Made by a program: the position numbers and the translations under genes | Part shown: positions 1-9,422 of the stretch, piece by piece | How the letters are laid out: every line of letters begins with the position of its first letter | Position numbering within the stretch: position 1 is the stretch's first letter | The notes under the pieces: generated by a model | Seen by the model: the letters and a program-made list of their open reading frames with translations, nothing else | Databases searched by the model: none | Told to the model about the DNA's origin: nothing | IMG/VR virus record: IMGVR_UViG_3300037245_001837 | Coordinates: 10,396 to 74,395 of that record | DNA from: a virus | Length of the DNA stretch: 64,000 nt | Direction: 5' to 3' (one strand)

Positions 1-2
1 TT

Positions 3-185
3 GTTATAACACACGATTTGCGAGGAGTTGCGGCATTTAACATTCAATCTATTGATAATAAGAAAGTTGTTAATTCTCATTTTGAAAATCACATAGGGGT
101 TTATACTTTTTTATTAGAAAACCACTATGACGTTTTCGGATTAATACAAGCAGACTTAGCAATAGATACTAATACTTTAAAATAA
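3..185 (+). CDS. Partial (5' truncated) conserved phage protein
   Basis: Open frame ending ...ENHYDVFGLIQADLAIDTNTLK*, a C-terminal motif common in Bacteroidota phage hypotheticals. Confidence 0.65.
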   Translation, partial: VITHDLRGVAAFNIQSIDNKKVVNSHFENHIGVYTFLLENHYDVFGLIQADLAIDTNTLK

Positions 186-187
186 AT

Positions 188-418
188 ATGAAAAATTCAG
201 AAAACAATAGCGAATTAAAAATAAGAGTATTGACTTGCAGAAGTAAGTTAGAAAAAATTGGTGTTAAAATGCCAAGACATTTTTTCTGTAAAAAATACCC
301 TGAATTCATTAACGATGAAAATCGATTAAACAATTTGTGGTATGCTAAAATCTCAAATAAGGATTTTACTACTAAATTGGAAGCATTCACAACATTTAAA
401 GAAGTCGAATTTAATTAA
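188..418 (+). CDS. Hypothetical protein
   Basis: ORF tightly packed in the operon. Confidence 0.65.
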   Translation: MKNSENNSELKIRVLTCRSKLEKIGVKMPRHFFCKKYPEFINDENRLNNLWYAKISNKDFTTKLEAFTTFKEVEFN

Positions 419-424
419 AATATT

Positions 425-1054
425 ATGACATTACCTGAAAAAATTAAACATTACGGATTAACTCAAAAAGATTGGTTTCAGCATAAACATTATACTATTC
501 TAACAAGAATGGGTATTGATAAAATACAAGCCATAGAAAAAATAAATATTTCATACGAAGCTATTGTAGCTTTACCTGAATTTTGTGTTGTAAAAGCTAT
601 TGGAACAAAAGAAGAATTAGTCATAGAAACTTTTGGAAGTGCAAAATACGGTGGTAAAGAATGGAATGCAAAACGTAACAACGGCAAAGGAGGATGGGAT
701 GAGTTCGGAAATACTACTACTTGGTATGTTATGGAAATGGCTGAAAAAAGAGCTATGAGTCGTGTTGTTTTAAAAATCACAGGGTTTTATGAATTAGGCG
801 TATTTGGAGAAGATGAAAGTGAAGATTTTAAAAACGAAACAACTAAGCCACCTAAGACTACGACTAAGAAACCACCTAAAACAACTACAGCAGAAAAACA
901 GGTTTTAGTAAAAGATTCTAAAGAATGGAAAGCTTTAATGGGATTCTTTGATGATGGGAAAGTTACTAAATTAACTCAAATAACTAAACAGTATAAGTTG
1001 TCACCAGAACTTACTACTGAATTGACGAATAAAATTACTGAACTTAATAATTGA
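425..1054 (+). CDS. Putative single-strand annealing recombination protein (Rad52/Sak-like)
   Basis: ETFGSA...EMAEKRAMSR...GVFGEDE core, low-complexity K/T/P linker, next to exonuclease and ATPase genes. Confidence 0.45.
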   Translation: MTLPEKIKHYGLTQKDWFQHKHYTILTRMGIDKIQAIEKINISYEAIVALPEFCVVKAIGTKEELVIETFGSAKYGGKEWNAKRNNGKGGWDEFGNTTTWYVMEMAEKRAMSRVVLKITGFYELGVFGEDESEDFKNETTKPPKTTTKKPPKTTTAEKQVLVKDSKEWKALMGFFDDGKVTKLTQITKQYKLSPELTTELTNKITELNN

Positions 1055-1122
1055 AAATTAGATTTAATGATAAAAACATTTGATTTAGATTTTAGAGCAA
1101 AAAATATAACTAAAATATAGCT

Positions 1123-1509
1123 ATGAAAAAAAAGACAATCCAAGATTTAAAATTAAATGATTCTGTTTACATAGCAGACCAAAATCAGGTTTTAGAATAT
1201 ACTGTTTATTTAATATCTATAAAACAATTAAAATTCAAACACAGATTACGTAATGATGTTGAATATGAACGAGAAGAAGGAGATAAAACAAGTTGGAGGA
1301 TTGAAGTTAAAAAATATAGAGAAAGTCCTCATTCAGACACTTATTATTTATCAAAATTAGATGCTTTAAAAAGACTGAGAGTGCTAGAGGATAAACGAAT
1401 GGAAGGTTTATTTGCACGAATGGAAGATTTTAATAGAACCATCAAAAATTTGAATGAAGAAACAAGAGCCACAGATGAATTGATTATTAAGGAGCTTAAA
1501 AATAACTAA
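1123..1509 (+). CDS. Hypothetical protein
   Basis: ORF track, operon context. Confidence 0.7.
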   Translation: MKKKTIQDLKLNDSVYIADQNQVLEYTVYLISIKQLKFKHRLRNDVEYEREEGDKTSWRIEVKKYRESPHSDTYYLSKLDALKRLRVLEDKRMEGLFARMEDFNRTIKNLNEETRATDELIIKELKNN

Positions 1510-1513
1510 AAGC

Positions 1514-1663
1514 ATGAGTGATTATCCAGTAGGTTCAGAAAATGATACACAAGCACCATACAACCAGAATGACAATGAATTTGAGTGTACTGAATGTGGA
1601 AAACCTATGAGTTCAGATTCAGGTGTTTGTTCAGGTAAATGTTTAAAATCAGCAATGTTATAA
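1514..1663 (+). CDS. Small zinc-finger protein (49 aa, below track cutoff)
   Basis: MSDYPVGSENDTQAPYN...CTECG...VCSGKC; two CxxC-type pairs. Confidence 0.65.
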   Translation: MSDYPVGSENDTQAPYNQNDNEFECTECGKPMSSDSGVCSGKCLKSAML

Positions 1664-1682
1664 ATTAATTAATCACAAAAAA

Positions 1683-2168
1683 ATGGATTTTAATTTCAAA
1701 CAAAAAACAAGACAACCTTATGTTGTATTACTTAATTTTACAGCCTATGAATTAGGTCAAAAACCAATTAAGTACTGGAGAAATACAGGTAATGTAAATA
1801 GAAAATCAGCCTTTCATAAAATAATTAATAAGGTTAAAAATATATGTGGTGATCCTACTAGTAATACAATTACTCGTTTATTTCATTACGCAGGAGCAGA
1901 TGTGACATTTCCATTTCACGTTCAATGGATGGAAGATAAGTTTGAATTTTGTTTATTTGATTGTTTTGGTAGTGGAAACAACACTTTAAAGTTTTCCAGA
2001 AAAGTAAATAGCGATAACGAGAGATTTACTAAAAATGAATTAAAGTTAATGACCGATTTTATGGTTACGGAACATCATATAATTACTGGTTTATATAATA
2101 AGTTTAGAGATGAATTTAAAACCTCATCAGGACATTCAAAAGTATTTGAAATAATAAGAAAATTATAA
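1683..2168 (+). CDS. Hypothetical protein
   Basis: ORF track. Confidence 0.7.
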   Translation: MDFNFKQKTRQPYVVLLNFTAYELGQKPIKYWRNTGNVNRKSAFHKIINKVKNICGDPTSNTITRLFHYAGADVTFPFHVQWMEDKFEFCLFDCFGSGNNTLKFSRKVNSDNERFTKNELKLMTDFMVTEHHIITGLYNKFRDEFKTSSGHSKVFEIIRKL

Positions 2169-2299
2169 AGTTATGACAGCCAAAGAAGAAGCACATTTAT
2201 ATCGTGAAATGCAGGAGGATTTACTTTTAGACATGGACATGTCTGGAGGATTATATTTAGAGTATGAAAAATTTGAAAAATAAATTAATAAATAGAAAT

Positions 2300-3361
2300 A
2301 TGAAAACAAAAATCGTTGGTACGCAGTTTGCCAAAGCAGAAGCAATTGGAATCCAAGAGGGTTCTGAAATTACTATCAGTCACGAACCTACAAATCCATT
2401 TGATGAAAACGCATTAGCGGTTGCATTTAATGGAGAGAAAATAGGTTTCATTGGAAAAGGTACGGACATCTATGATATAGATAGAATAAACTTTCCTAAA
2501 ACTGCAAAGGTTATTGATTTCTACATAAAGGAAGAAGGTGATCAATTTACAAAGCATCAATTAGGAACTTTAGTCTCCTGTAATATTGAACTTCCTGATG
2601 AAGTAAAATTAAAAGGAAAAGATAATGTTAATTCATTCAATGAAGAAAACGTTGTTATTAATTTTAATGAAGATTCTCATACTTACACCTACAAAGGTAA
2701 AGTTTTAAAAGGTGCCACGACTTACATCAAAAAGTATATCAAACCATTCGATAGTGAACTTATGGTTGGTAGATGTGCAAAAGCTTGGAATTTACCAAAA
2801 GGAACTATTGAAGATGCTTGGGAACTTAATCGTGATTTAGCTTCTCAATTCGGAACAGCTTTGCATAAGGCTCTGGAATTTGAGGATTTGTATAGGAGTA
2901 TGAAAAAACCAAAAGACAATAGCAGATGTTTTACAATTAAACATCCTACAATTGTTAAAATAATCACAGAATTCTATGAATTAAACGAGAAATTAGGTTT
3001 TGAAGGTGAAATTATTCCTGAAGCATTGGTTTCTGATGTTGAAAATGGTATTTGTGGTTTAGCGGATAGAATTCTAGTTACCAGTTGGAATGAAAAACGA
3101 TGTAGAATTCAGGATTACAAAGTGAACCATTCATTTAATGTAAAAGGAAAGGAAAGCTTCATTAATCTACCTAAAGGTTTGGTTTTAGAATCTACAAAAC
3201 TTTCAAAACTTTCATTACAATTGAAATTTCACGCAACTATGTTGGAGAAACAAGGTTGGACAGTTGAAGGAGTTGATGGATTTGTCTACACAGATAAATG
3301 GGAATATTATGAAGCCAACTCTTTAGAAGGTTTCGATATTTTAAAAGGAACTTTCAACTAA
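2300..3361 (+). CDS. HIRAN domain fused to PD-(D/E)XK (Cas4/lambda-exo-like) nuclease
   Basis: HEPTNPFDENALAV...KIGFI HIRAN motif; FGTALHKALE, PE, CGLADRI, IQDYK nuclease motifs; ATG 2300 preferred over 2264. Confidence 0.8.
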   Translation: MKTKIVGTQFAKAEAIGIQEGSEITISHEPTNPFDENALAVAFNGEKIGFIGKGTDIYDIDRINFPKTAKVIDFYIKEEGDQFTKHQLGTLVSCNIELPDEVKLKGKDNVNSFNEENVVINFNEDSHTYTYKGKVLKGATTYIKKYIKPFDSELMVGRCAKAWNLPKGTIEDAWELNRDLASQFGTALHKALEFEDLYRSMKKPKDNSRCFTIKHPTIVKIITEFYELNEKLGFEGEIIPEALVSDVENGICGLADRILVTSWNEKRCRIQDYKVNHSFNVKGKESFINLPKGLVLESTKLSKLSLQLKFHATMLEKQGWTVEGVDGFVYTDKWEYYEANSLEGFDILKGTFN

Positions 3362-3369
3362 ATAAAAAA

Positions 3370-3511
3370 TTTGAGATATAAATGGAGGGTAGTCCGTTCA
3401 ATTCGTGACGTTACTTGTGGTGAGTATCAAAGGTTCGATTCCTTTCAACAGAAATGTTAATGGTTGTAGAAAAGTAGGCATACGCTCGGTGGTTCGATTC
3501 CACCACTCAAA
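3370..3511 (+). ncRNA. tRNA-like structured RNA with three T-loop hairpins
   Basis: TTTGAG/CTCAAA closing stem; GTCCG-TTCAATT-CG(T)GAC, AAAGG-TTCGATT-CCTTT, GGTGG-TTCGATT-CCACC; AACA-GAAA-TGTT. Confidence 0.7.
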
Positions 3512-3684
3512 CAAATTAATAATAAAAACAAATTACGATGACTAAGAAAAATCTAGAGACTGAATATTGCAACGAAAGAGGAGAACGTAGTTTTAATAAA
3601 TACAATAACAATGATTACACTAAGTGGCTTGAAAATAAATTAATAACACTAAGCAACGTGCTAGGATAATAAAAACAAATTAAG

Positions 3685-4986
3685 ATGAAAATAAAAACAA
3701 TTACAGTAAGAAATTTCAAAGCCTTATCAGATCAGGAATTGAATTTAAATGGTGCTTCTGCAATAATAACAGCAGGTAATAATGAAGGTAAAACAAGTAT
3801 TTTACGTGGATTAGTGGACAGATTTCGAGGCGAAAAACCAGAAATCATTGTGAAGCAAGGAGAAGAAAAAGGAGAGAATGTAATGGAGCTAACTGATGGT
3901 TCTAAAATAGGGTGGAAATTCACTCATAAAACTGAAAACTTCTCATTTACTACTCCAGAAGGAATTAAAATGACAACTGGCGTTTTAAAATCTATTGGTG
4001 AAATCTATTTTGGTATCAAATTTAGTATTGATAAATTCATTTCCAGTAGTAGAAAAGAACAATTGAAACAGGTTCAAATTTTATTAGGTATCGATTTGTC
4101 AGCTTTAGATCAAAAACATAAAGAGAAATTCGATGCAAGAACTGAAGCCAATCGTGTTGTAAAAACATTACTTGGATTAAATACTAAAAAACCAGAAGTT
4201 GTTGAAAATCCAGATATAGAAGCTATCAAAAAAAGAAAAACAGCAATTACAGAAAATAACACCAAACTTAAAGAGAAGTGGGTTATCGACAATGAAGCAC
4301 ACCAAAAAGAAGCTATTGAATTCAATCAATTGCAGCAACATTACAGAGCAAATATCAAAACACTTTCCGAGCAGAAGCTTGATTTAGAAAAATACAAAGG
4401 TCAAATTGTAGCGACTTTTATTGATTACAAAAAACTAGAAAAGTACATAAATGATATTCCTGAACCACTAATAGACAAAGAGGTGACGAGCCTTGTTGAG
4501 CCTGTTTATGGTCTTTTTACAGGAATTGATAAAGAGATTGAAGATGCTTATACTGATAAAGCAAAATTCGACACCTACAACACTGATTTAACCAATTATA
4601 ATGATTGGGTTGAAAAAGGTGGAAAAGCTCGTAAAAAGGCTGATGAGCTATCAGCAGAGCTTGATAAGATCAATGAAGAAAAATTGAAACTTATTAAAGG
4701 AGCTAATTTGCCAGAAGAATTCAAAATGACTGATAATGGATTGTTATACAAAGGACTTCCTTTAGATGATAATCAGATTTCAAGTTCAGCAAAATACATT
4801 TGTGCTCTTAAACTTGGTGCTTTAAGTCTAGGTAAGGTAAATGCAATGCATTTCGATGCTTCATTTTTAGATAAAAAATCTTTAATGGAAATTCAAGAGT
4901 GGGCAAACAGTCAAGATTTACAACTTTTACTTGAGAAAGTTGATTATGAAGGAGGTTCAATAAAGTATAATTTTATTGAAGAATAA
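3685..4986 (+). CDS. SMC/Rad50-like ABC ATPase
   Basis: N-terminal ITVRNFKA, Walker A AGNNEGKTS, long coiled coil, QISSS signature, MHFDASFLD Walker B/D-loop. Confidence 0.85.
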   Translation: MKIKTITVRNFKALSDQELNLNGASAIITAGNNEGKTSILRGLVDRFRGEKPEIIVKQGEEKGENVMELTDGSKIGWKFTHKTENFSFTTPEGIKMTTGVLKSIGEIYFGIKFSIDKFISSSRKEQLKQVQILLGIDLSALDQKHKEKFDARTEANRVVKTLLGLNTKKPEVVENPDIEAIKKRKTAITENNTKLKEKWVIDNEAHQKEAIEFNQLQQHYRANIKTLSEQKLDLEKYKGQIVATFIDYKKLEKYINDIPEPLIDKEVTSLVEPVYGLFTGIDKEIEDAYTDKAKFDTYNTDLTNYNDWVEKGGKARKKADELSAELDKINEEKLKLIKGANLPEEFKMTDNGLLYKGLPLDDNQISSSAKYICALKLGALSLGKVNAMHFDASFLDKKSLMEIQEWANSQDLQLLLEKVDYEGGSIKYNFIEE

Positions 4987-4988
4987 TT

Positions 4989-5450
4989 ATGAGAGTAATT
5001 AAATTTAAAGCTAAAACATTAGACGGCAAGAAATGGGTATATGGAAATCTCATTGTATTAGAAAACGGATGCCATTACATTTTTAATAGGCATTTTATAC
5101 CTACTACATCAGTTCCTAGCGAGTGGTTTATTGAGGTGATTCCAGAAACAGTATGCCAATTCACAGGATTAAAAGACAAAAACAGCAATGATGTTTATAA
5201 AAGTGATACAGTAAAACACGTAAGGGATTATTCGTTAGTAGATTGTTTCAATGAAGATGAAGATGGTGACATCGACAGAATCGACACGATAATTGGTAAA
5301 TTCATTTTCACAAAAACAAAAGGATTTCATGTATCTGGATATAAATATTCGGTTGATATGGCAGATATAGAAAAGCCTAAACAGAAATATTTAGGAATGC
5401 CGTCCATGATAAGTACTTACGCTGAAATCACAGGTAACATACACGACTAA
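4989..5450 (+). CDS. YopX family protein
   Basis: MRVIKFKAK...WVYGNL...PETVCQFTGLKDKN...ITGNIHD. Confidence 0.9.
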   Translation: MRVIKFKAKTLDGKKWVYGNLIVLENGCHYIFNRHFIPTTSVPSEWFIEVIPETVCQFTGLKDKNSNDVYKSDTVKHVRDYSLVDCFNEDEDGDIDRIDTIIGKFIFTKTKGFHVSGYKYSVDMADIEKPKQKYLGMPSMISTYAEITGNIHD

Positions 5451-5452
5451 TT

Positions 5453-5725
5453 ATGAAAACAGAAAACCCAAGTGCATTTCCTTCAAAAGAAATAGATTAT
5501 CGAGAAAGCGCAATGCAAGGACAAACAGTTTATCATGACCAAGAAATGGGAATGACACTAAGAGATTATTTCGCAGCTAAAGCGATGCAGAGTCTAATAT
5601 CTAAAATAAACGTTAGTGATGAAGACTTAAAATATAGCGATACTATACATCAAATTGTTCCTGTATTAGCTTATCAAGTATCTGACGAAATGCTAAAAGT
5701 ACGAATGAAACCTATTAAAGAGTAG
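5453..5725 (+). CDS. Conserved phage protein
   Basis: SAFP...GMTLRDYFAAKAMQ...AYQVSDEML motif family. Confidence 0.85.
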   Translation: MKTENPSAFPSKEIDYRESAMQGQTVYHDQEMGMTLRDYFAAKAMQSLISKINVSDEDLKYSDTIHQIVPVLAYQVSDEMLKVRMKPIKE

Positions 5726-5729
5726 TACC

Positions 5730-6293
5730 ATGAGAAAAATAACAATCAAAGAAACAGACGTATTTCTTGAAAATCATAAAAAAGGACAAGGAAAAATTAC
5801 TATAAGTAATACCTATGGTAAAAACTTTTCAAATTTCTGGGGTTCGATGGGTGAAACACTAGAAGAATTCCTTTGCGGTATCAATCCAGAATATTTTGCA
5901 ACAAAATTACTTCCACCAAGTGATGAACGTATTATTGATATTAAGGCAACATTTAAAAATGTAAGGAAATATATTCGTGAAGAATTAGATATGCCATTTT
6001 ATAAAGAAATGGAATTTCAAAAAGACATGCGAGAAAAATTAAAGGAATTTCAAGATCAATGTGAAGAACGAGGTGGTAAATATAGATTTGTAGATGGTTT
6101 TCATGATTTCTTTGTGGATAGTCTTGATTTTTATTTAATAGCTGATAGCTATGACAGTAATCAAGTTAAAGAAAGTTTTCAGGGAATATGTGAACATTGG
6201 CAATTCCTAGAAGAAAAACCTTCAGAAGATCATGATTGGTTAATTGACTTTCATGCTAGATTAAAAAAGGAATTATTGAAACCTATTAAATAA
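5730..6293 (+). CDS. Hypothetical phage protein
   Basis: GKITIS...FWGSMG...EFL motif; ORF track. Confidence 0.75.
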   Translation: MRKITIKETDVFLENHKKGQGKITISNTYGKNFSNFWGSMGETLEEFLCGINPEYFATKLLPPSDERIIDIKATFKNVRKYIREELDMPFYKEMEFQKDMREKLKEFQDQCEERGGKYRFVDGFHDFFVDSLDFYLIADSYDSNQVKESFQGICEHWQFLEEKPSEDHDWLIDFHARLKKELLKPIK

Positions 6294-6300
6294 ATCAACA

Positions 6301-6612
6301 ATGGAAAAAGATTTTGTAAAAGAAGTATTAGAAGACAATAATACATTTGGAGGTTTTAAAATTACAGGCTACAAAACAAGTAAGTTTGATAAAAACAAGA
6401 AAAACCCACCTATGTATGGAGCAGCCGAAGACTTAACAGGAATGACTGTAATTCATTGGTGTACAGAAGGACATCATTGTAATTATTTTGGATTGGATTT
6501 AAAACCAAATATATCAGTTACTATCGGAAAAGATGGAGATACTAGAACAGCGTTTAACGGATATGTACACACTAAAGAAGATTTTGAAAAAGTATTGAAA
6601 CTAACTTGGTAA
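6301..6612 (+). CDS. Hypothetical protein
   Basis: ORF track. Confidence 0.7.
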   Translation: MEKDFVKEVLEDNNTFGGFKITGYKTSKFDKNKKNPPMYGAAEDLTGMTVIHWCTEGHHCNYFGLDLKPNISVTIGKDGDTRTAFNGYVHTKEDFEKVLKLTW

Positions 6613-6752
6613 ATAACTCAACAATGAAAACAGATATAGTAAAAAACGGAAAAGGACACGATATTTTTGTAAATGACCAATGGGTAACGTGGGTTATTGG
6701 AAGTAAAAATAACGCTGAAAAAGAATTGAAAACTTACTTAAAAAAATAAGTT

Positions 6753-7166
6753 ATGGAAATATACTTGGTAAAACAATTAGACAACAGCTTTAAAGTTGCT
6801 TATGATTCAGATTTTGAGAAACTTAAAAAGATCAAAGCATTGAAAATGGTGAAATGCATTATTACGCAGCCTAGGAATATCGGTTTTCATAAAAAATTCT
6901 TTGCTTTAATTAAAATGGTTTACCAGAATCAAGAACATTATAAGAATTCTGATGACCTAAGAGCTGATTTAATTGTTTCAGCAGGTTTTTATGAGAAAAG
7001 GGTATCATTCTTTGGTGAAGAAATTTTGAAGCCTAAGAGCATCAGTTTTGCCAGTATGAAACAAGATGAATTTGATGAACTTTATGGTGCTGTATTAGAT
7101 GAAATTGTAAAACATTTTCATTTTGATAAACAGGCTATAATAGAAAATGTAGAACAGTATTTTTAA
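6753..7166 (+). CDS. DUF1367 family protein
   Basis: PRNIGFHKKFFAL...PKSISFASMKQDEFDELY. Confidence 0.88.
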   Translation: MEIYLVKQLDNSFKVAYDSDFEKLKKIKALKMVKCIITQPRNIGFHKKFFALIKMVYQNQEHYKNSDDLRADLIVSAGFYEKRVSFFGEEILKPKSISFASMKQDEFDELYGAVLDEIVKHFHFDKQAIIENVEQYF

Positions 7167-7170
7167 AATT

Positions 7171-7437
7171 ATGAAACAGTCAATTATATCCATTCCAGAA
7201 AGTAACCTTTCAAATGCTATTAAGTTATTTGATAAATACAATATTGAATATAGATTATTAGGTTATCCTAATGGTAAAATTGAGACAGTTGAAAGTTTTC
7301 CTTCAAAGATGAATGTATATAATGATATGCAGAAATTCGCTAAACAATTAGGATATAAAAATACTATTGAAGCAATTATTGAAATTGGAGGTGGTAGAGC
7401 TTTTAAAGCAAAATTTGATAAAGAATTTAAAGAATAA
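7171..7437 (+). CDS. Hypothetical protein
   Basis: ORF track. Confidence 0.65.
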   Translation: MKQSIISIPESNLSNAIKLFDKYNIEYRLLGYPNGKIETVESFPSKMNVYNDMQKFAKQLGYKNTIEAIIEIGGGRAFKAKFDKEFKE

Positions 7438-7448
7438 ATATTTAAGTT

Positions 7449-8189
7449 ATGAGAATTAACGGATTTGAACAAATAAAAGGTTTTTATTCTTGGGTGTTCA
7501 GTAATCAAGACAAACAAATTAGAAGCACACATATTTCATTGTACATGTTTTTAGTAAACCAGAACAATAGAAACAATTGGGTTGAATGGTTTAAGTGTCC
7601 TTTTGATTTAGCGATGGGAGGAAGTGGTATAAGCAACAAAAAAACATATTATACTACTTTGCTAGATTTGCAAGATTGGAAGCTGTTAGAATACGTAAAA
7701 GGAGTGAATAATTTCAAAGCTCCTTTGATAAAACTTGAGGTGCTATATGATACCTCAACTGTACCACAGAGTGAACCTCAACTGCAACCGCAAGTGATAC
7801 CTATACCATTACCTCTACTGCAACCGCAACTGTATAAGAATATAAAACTATTAACTAGTAACTTAGAACTAATAACCTTAAACATAGAAAAAATTATAAT
7901 TTTTTTAAAAAGTGATTTATCAGAAAAATTTAATTTTAAAAAGTCTTTAATTAATTTAGGTGTTGAAAAAGAAATAATTTCTGATTGGTTAGCTGTTAGA
8001 AAAAAGAAAAAAGCAACAAATTCTGAAACAGCTTTTAAAAAAATAGAATCTGAAATTAAAAAATCAAAATTAAAACCAAATGAGGCTATAAAAATAGCAG
8101 TAGAAAATAGTTGGAGTGGTTTTAATAGTTCTTGGATTGAAAATATTAGTACTAATACACAAAACGGAACTTATCGTGGAAACAGGTAA
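7449..8189 (+). CDS. Phage replication initiator (lambda O-like organisation)
   Basis: N-terminal winged-helix-like region, internal DNA repeats, C-terminal DWLAVRKKKKA...ENSWSGF domain, upstream of a DnaC-like ATPase. Confidence 0.8.
   Translation: MRINGFEQIKGFYSWVFSNQDKQIRSTHISLYMFLVNQNNRNNWVEWFKCPFDLAMGGSGISNKKTYYTTLLDLQDWKLLEYVKGVNNFKAPLIKLEVLYDTSTVPQSEPQLQPQVIPIPLPLLQPQLYKNIKLLTSNLELITLNIEKIIIFLKSDLSEKFNFKKSLINLGVEKEIISDWLAVRKKKKATNSETAFKKIESEIKKSKLKPNEAIKIAVENSWSGFNSSWIENISTNTQNGTYRGNR
7751..7884 (+). repeat. Iteron-like array, probable replication origin
   Basis: Seven ~12-bp tandem units (WACCNCAACTG consensus, 7751-7833) followed by six 7-bp-period AAC(T) repeats (7846-7884). Confidence 0.7.
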
Positions 8190-9168
8190 AAGAAAAAAAA
8201 CAGACCCAACAAGAATAAGTGATCTAATAATTTCTGAAATTATTGGTAAAAAACCACGTATGCCACAAACATACGCCATGAGAAGAATCAGAAATAATCC
8301 AGAGGATATTGAATTTTGTGATAGCATTGATAAAAGAATTTCTGAATGGGATAAAAAAGCTGATAAAGTAAGGAAGCAAAAAACTATTGAGAAGAAAAAA
8401 AATATAAAATTATCTGATGATTTTGTAGTTAAAAAAATACCTCCAATAATTCTAAAACCTGAACAGATTTATGCTGATTTTATTAGGGTTTATAAAATAT
8501 TAAGTAAAAAAGATTTTCAGGAAAAAAATCCTTATTCAGAAACCGATGAACCTTACTTATATGTAAAAACATTGATTTATTATTTCATGAAGGATGATAG
8601 ATTTTTTAAAAGTCCACTTTTAAGAAAAGATTTATCAGAACCTAGTTTTGAAAAAGGAACATTATCAATTGGAGGATATGGTTGCGGAAAAACCACAACA
8701 TTCAATGCTTTATTATTTTGCTTCAAGAATTTTTTAAAACACGTTGAAAAAACTACTCCAGAGAATCAAAAAGAATTAAAAAATAAGTATTCCGTAAACA
8801 AATGTATTTCATCTGAAATAGTTCACAGATATGATACAGCAATATCAAAGCATGATTTAAATGAAATACTAAAACCTCTTATTGGATCAACAGATTTGTA
8901 TGTTGATGATATTATGAGGGAAAAGGATGCTCAAAATTTCGGTAAAAATAATATTTTTTTAAATGTTCTAACAATTAGAGCAGACAGAGATTATAAATCT
9001 CATTTATCAATGAATCCTGTTGAAATTAAAGTAAATGATGAGATTACATTTAAGAACACAGAAGAGTCATTGCAGGAGTTCAGGATTAGGTATGACGGAA
9101 GAATACACGATAGATTATTTGGAAACTATAACATCATTGAATTAACTGGTAAAAGCTTCAGAAGATAA
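8116..9168 (+). CDS. DnaC/IstB-like P-loop ATPase (helicase loader); start may be GTG at 8176
   Basis: GGYGCGKT Walker A, LYVDD Walker B, RYDGRIHDRL...GKSFR C-terminus. Confidence 0.85.
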   Translation: MVLIVLGLKILVLIHKTELIVETGKRKKTDPTRISDLIISEIIGKKPRMPQTYAMRRIRNNPEDIEFCDSIDKRISEWDKKADKVRKQKTIEKKKNIKLSDDFVVKKIPPIILKPEQIYADFIRVYKILSKKDFQEKNPYSETDEPYLYVKTLIYYFMKDDRFFKSPLLRKDLSEPSFEKGTLSIGGYGCGKTTTFNALLFCFKNFLKHVEKTTPENQKELKNKYSVNKCISSEIVHRYDTAISKHDLNEILKPLIGSTDLYVDDIMREKDAQNFGKNNIFLNVLTIRADRDYKSHLSMNPVEIKVNDEITFKNTEESLQEFRIRYDGRIHDRLFGNYNIIELTGKSFRR

Positions 9169-9186
9169 TAATAAAAATTATAACCT

Positions 9187-9420
9187 ATGAAAACAGACTC
9201 AACTATAAGAAAAGCTGCTGAAATAATAGTAAAAGAACAGTTTGGAAGTATCTCATTAATTCAAAGAAGATTAAAATTAGGATATAATAAATCTGCAAGA
9301 ATAATGGATGATTTAGAAAACTTAGGTGTAGTTGGAGCTTTTCAAGGAGTTAAACAAAGAGATGTTTTAGTTAATAAAATGGATGATTTAGAAAAAATAT
9401 TAACACTAAATAATATCTAG
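9187..9420 (+). CDS. Stand-alone FtsK gamma domain protein
   Basis: GSISLIQRRLKLGYNKSARIMDDLENLGVVG...RDVLV matches the FtsK-gamma winged helix. Confidence 0.88.
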   Translation: MKTDSTIRKAAEIIVKEQFGSISLIQRRLKLGYNKSARIMDDLENLGVVGAFQGVKQRDVLVNKMDDLEKILTLNNI

Positions 9421-9422
9421 TA

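Noticed and set aside
3370-3511. Canonical tRNA gene(s)
   Set aside because: T-arms are present but no anticodon arm at correct spacing and no cloverleaf; kept as a tRNA-like ncRNA
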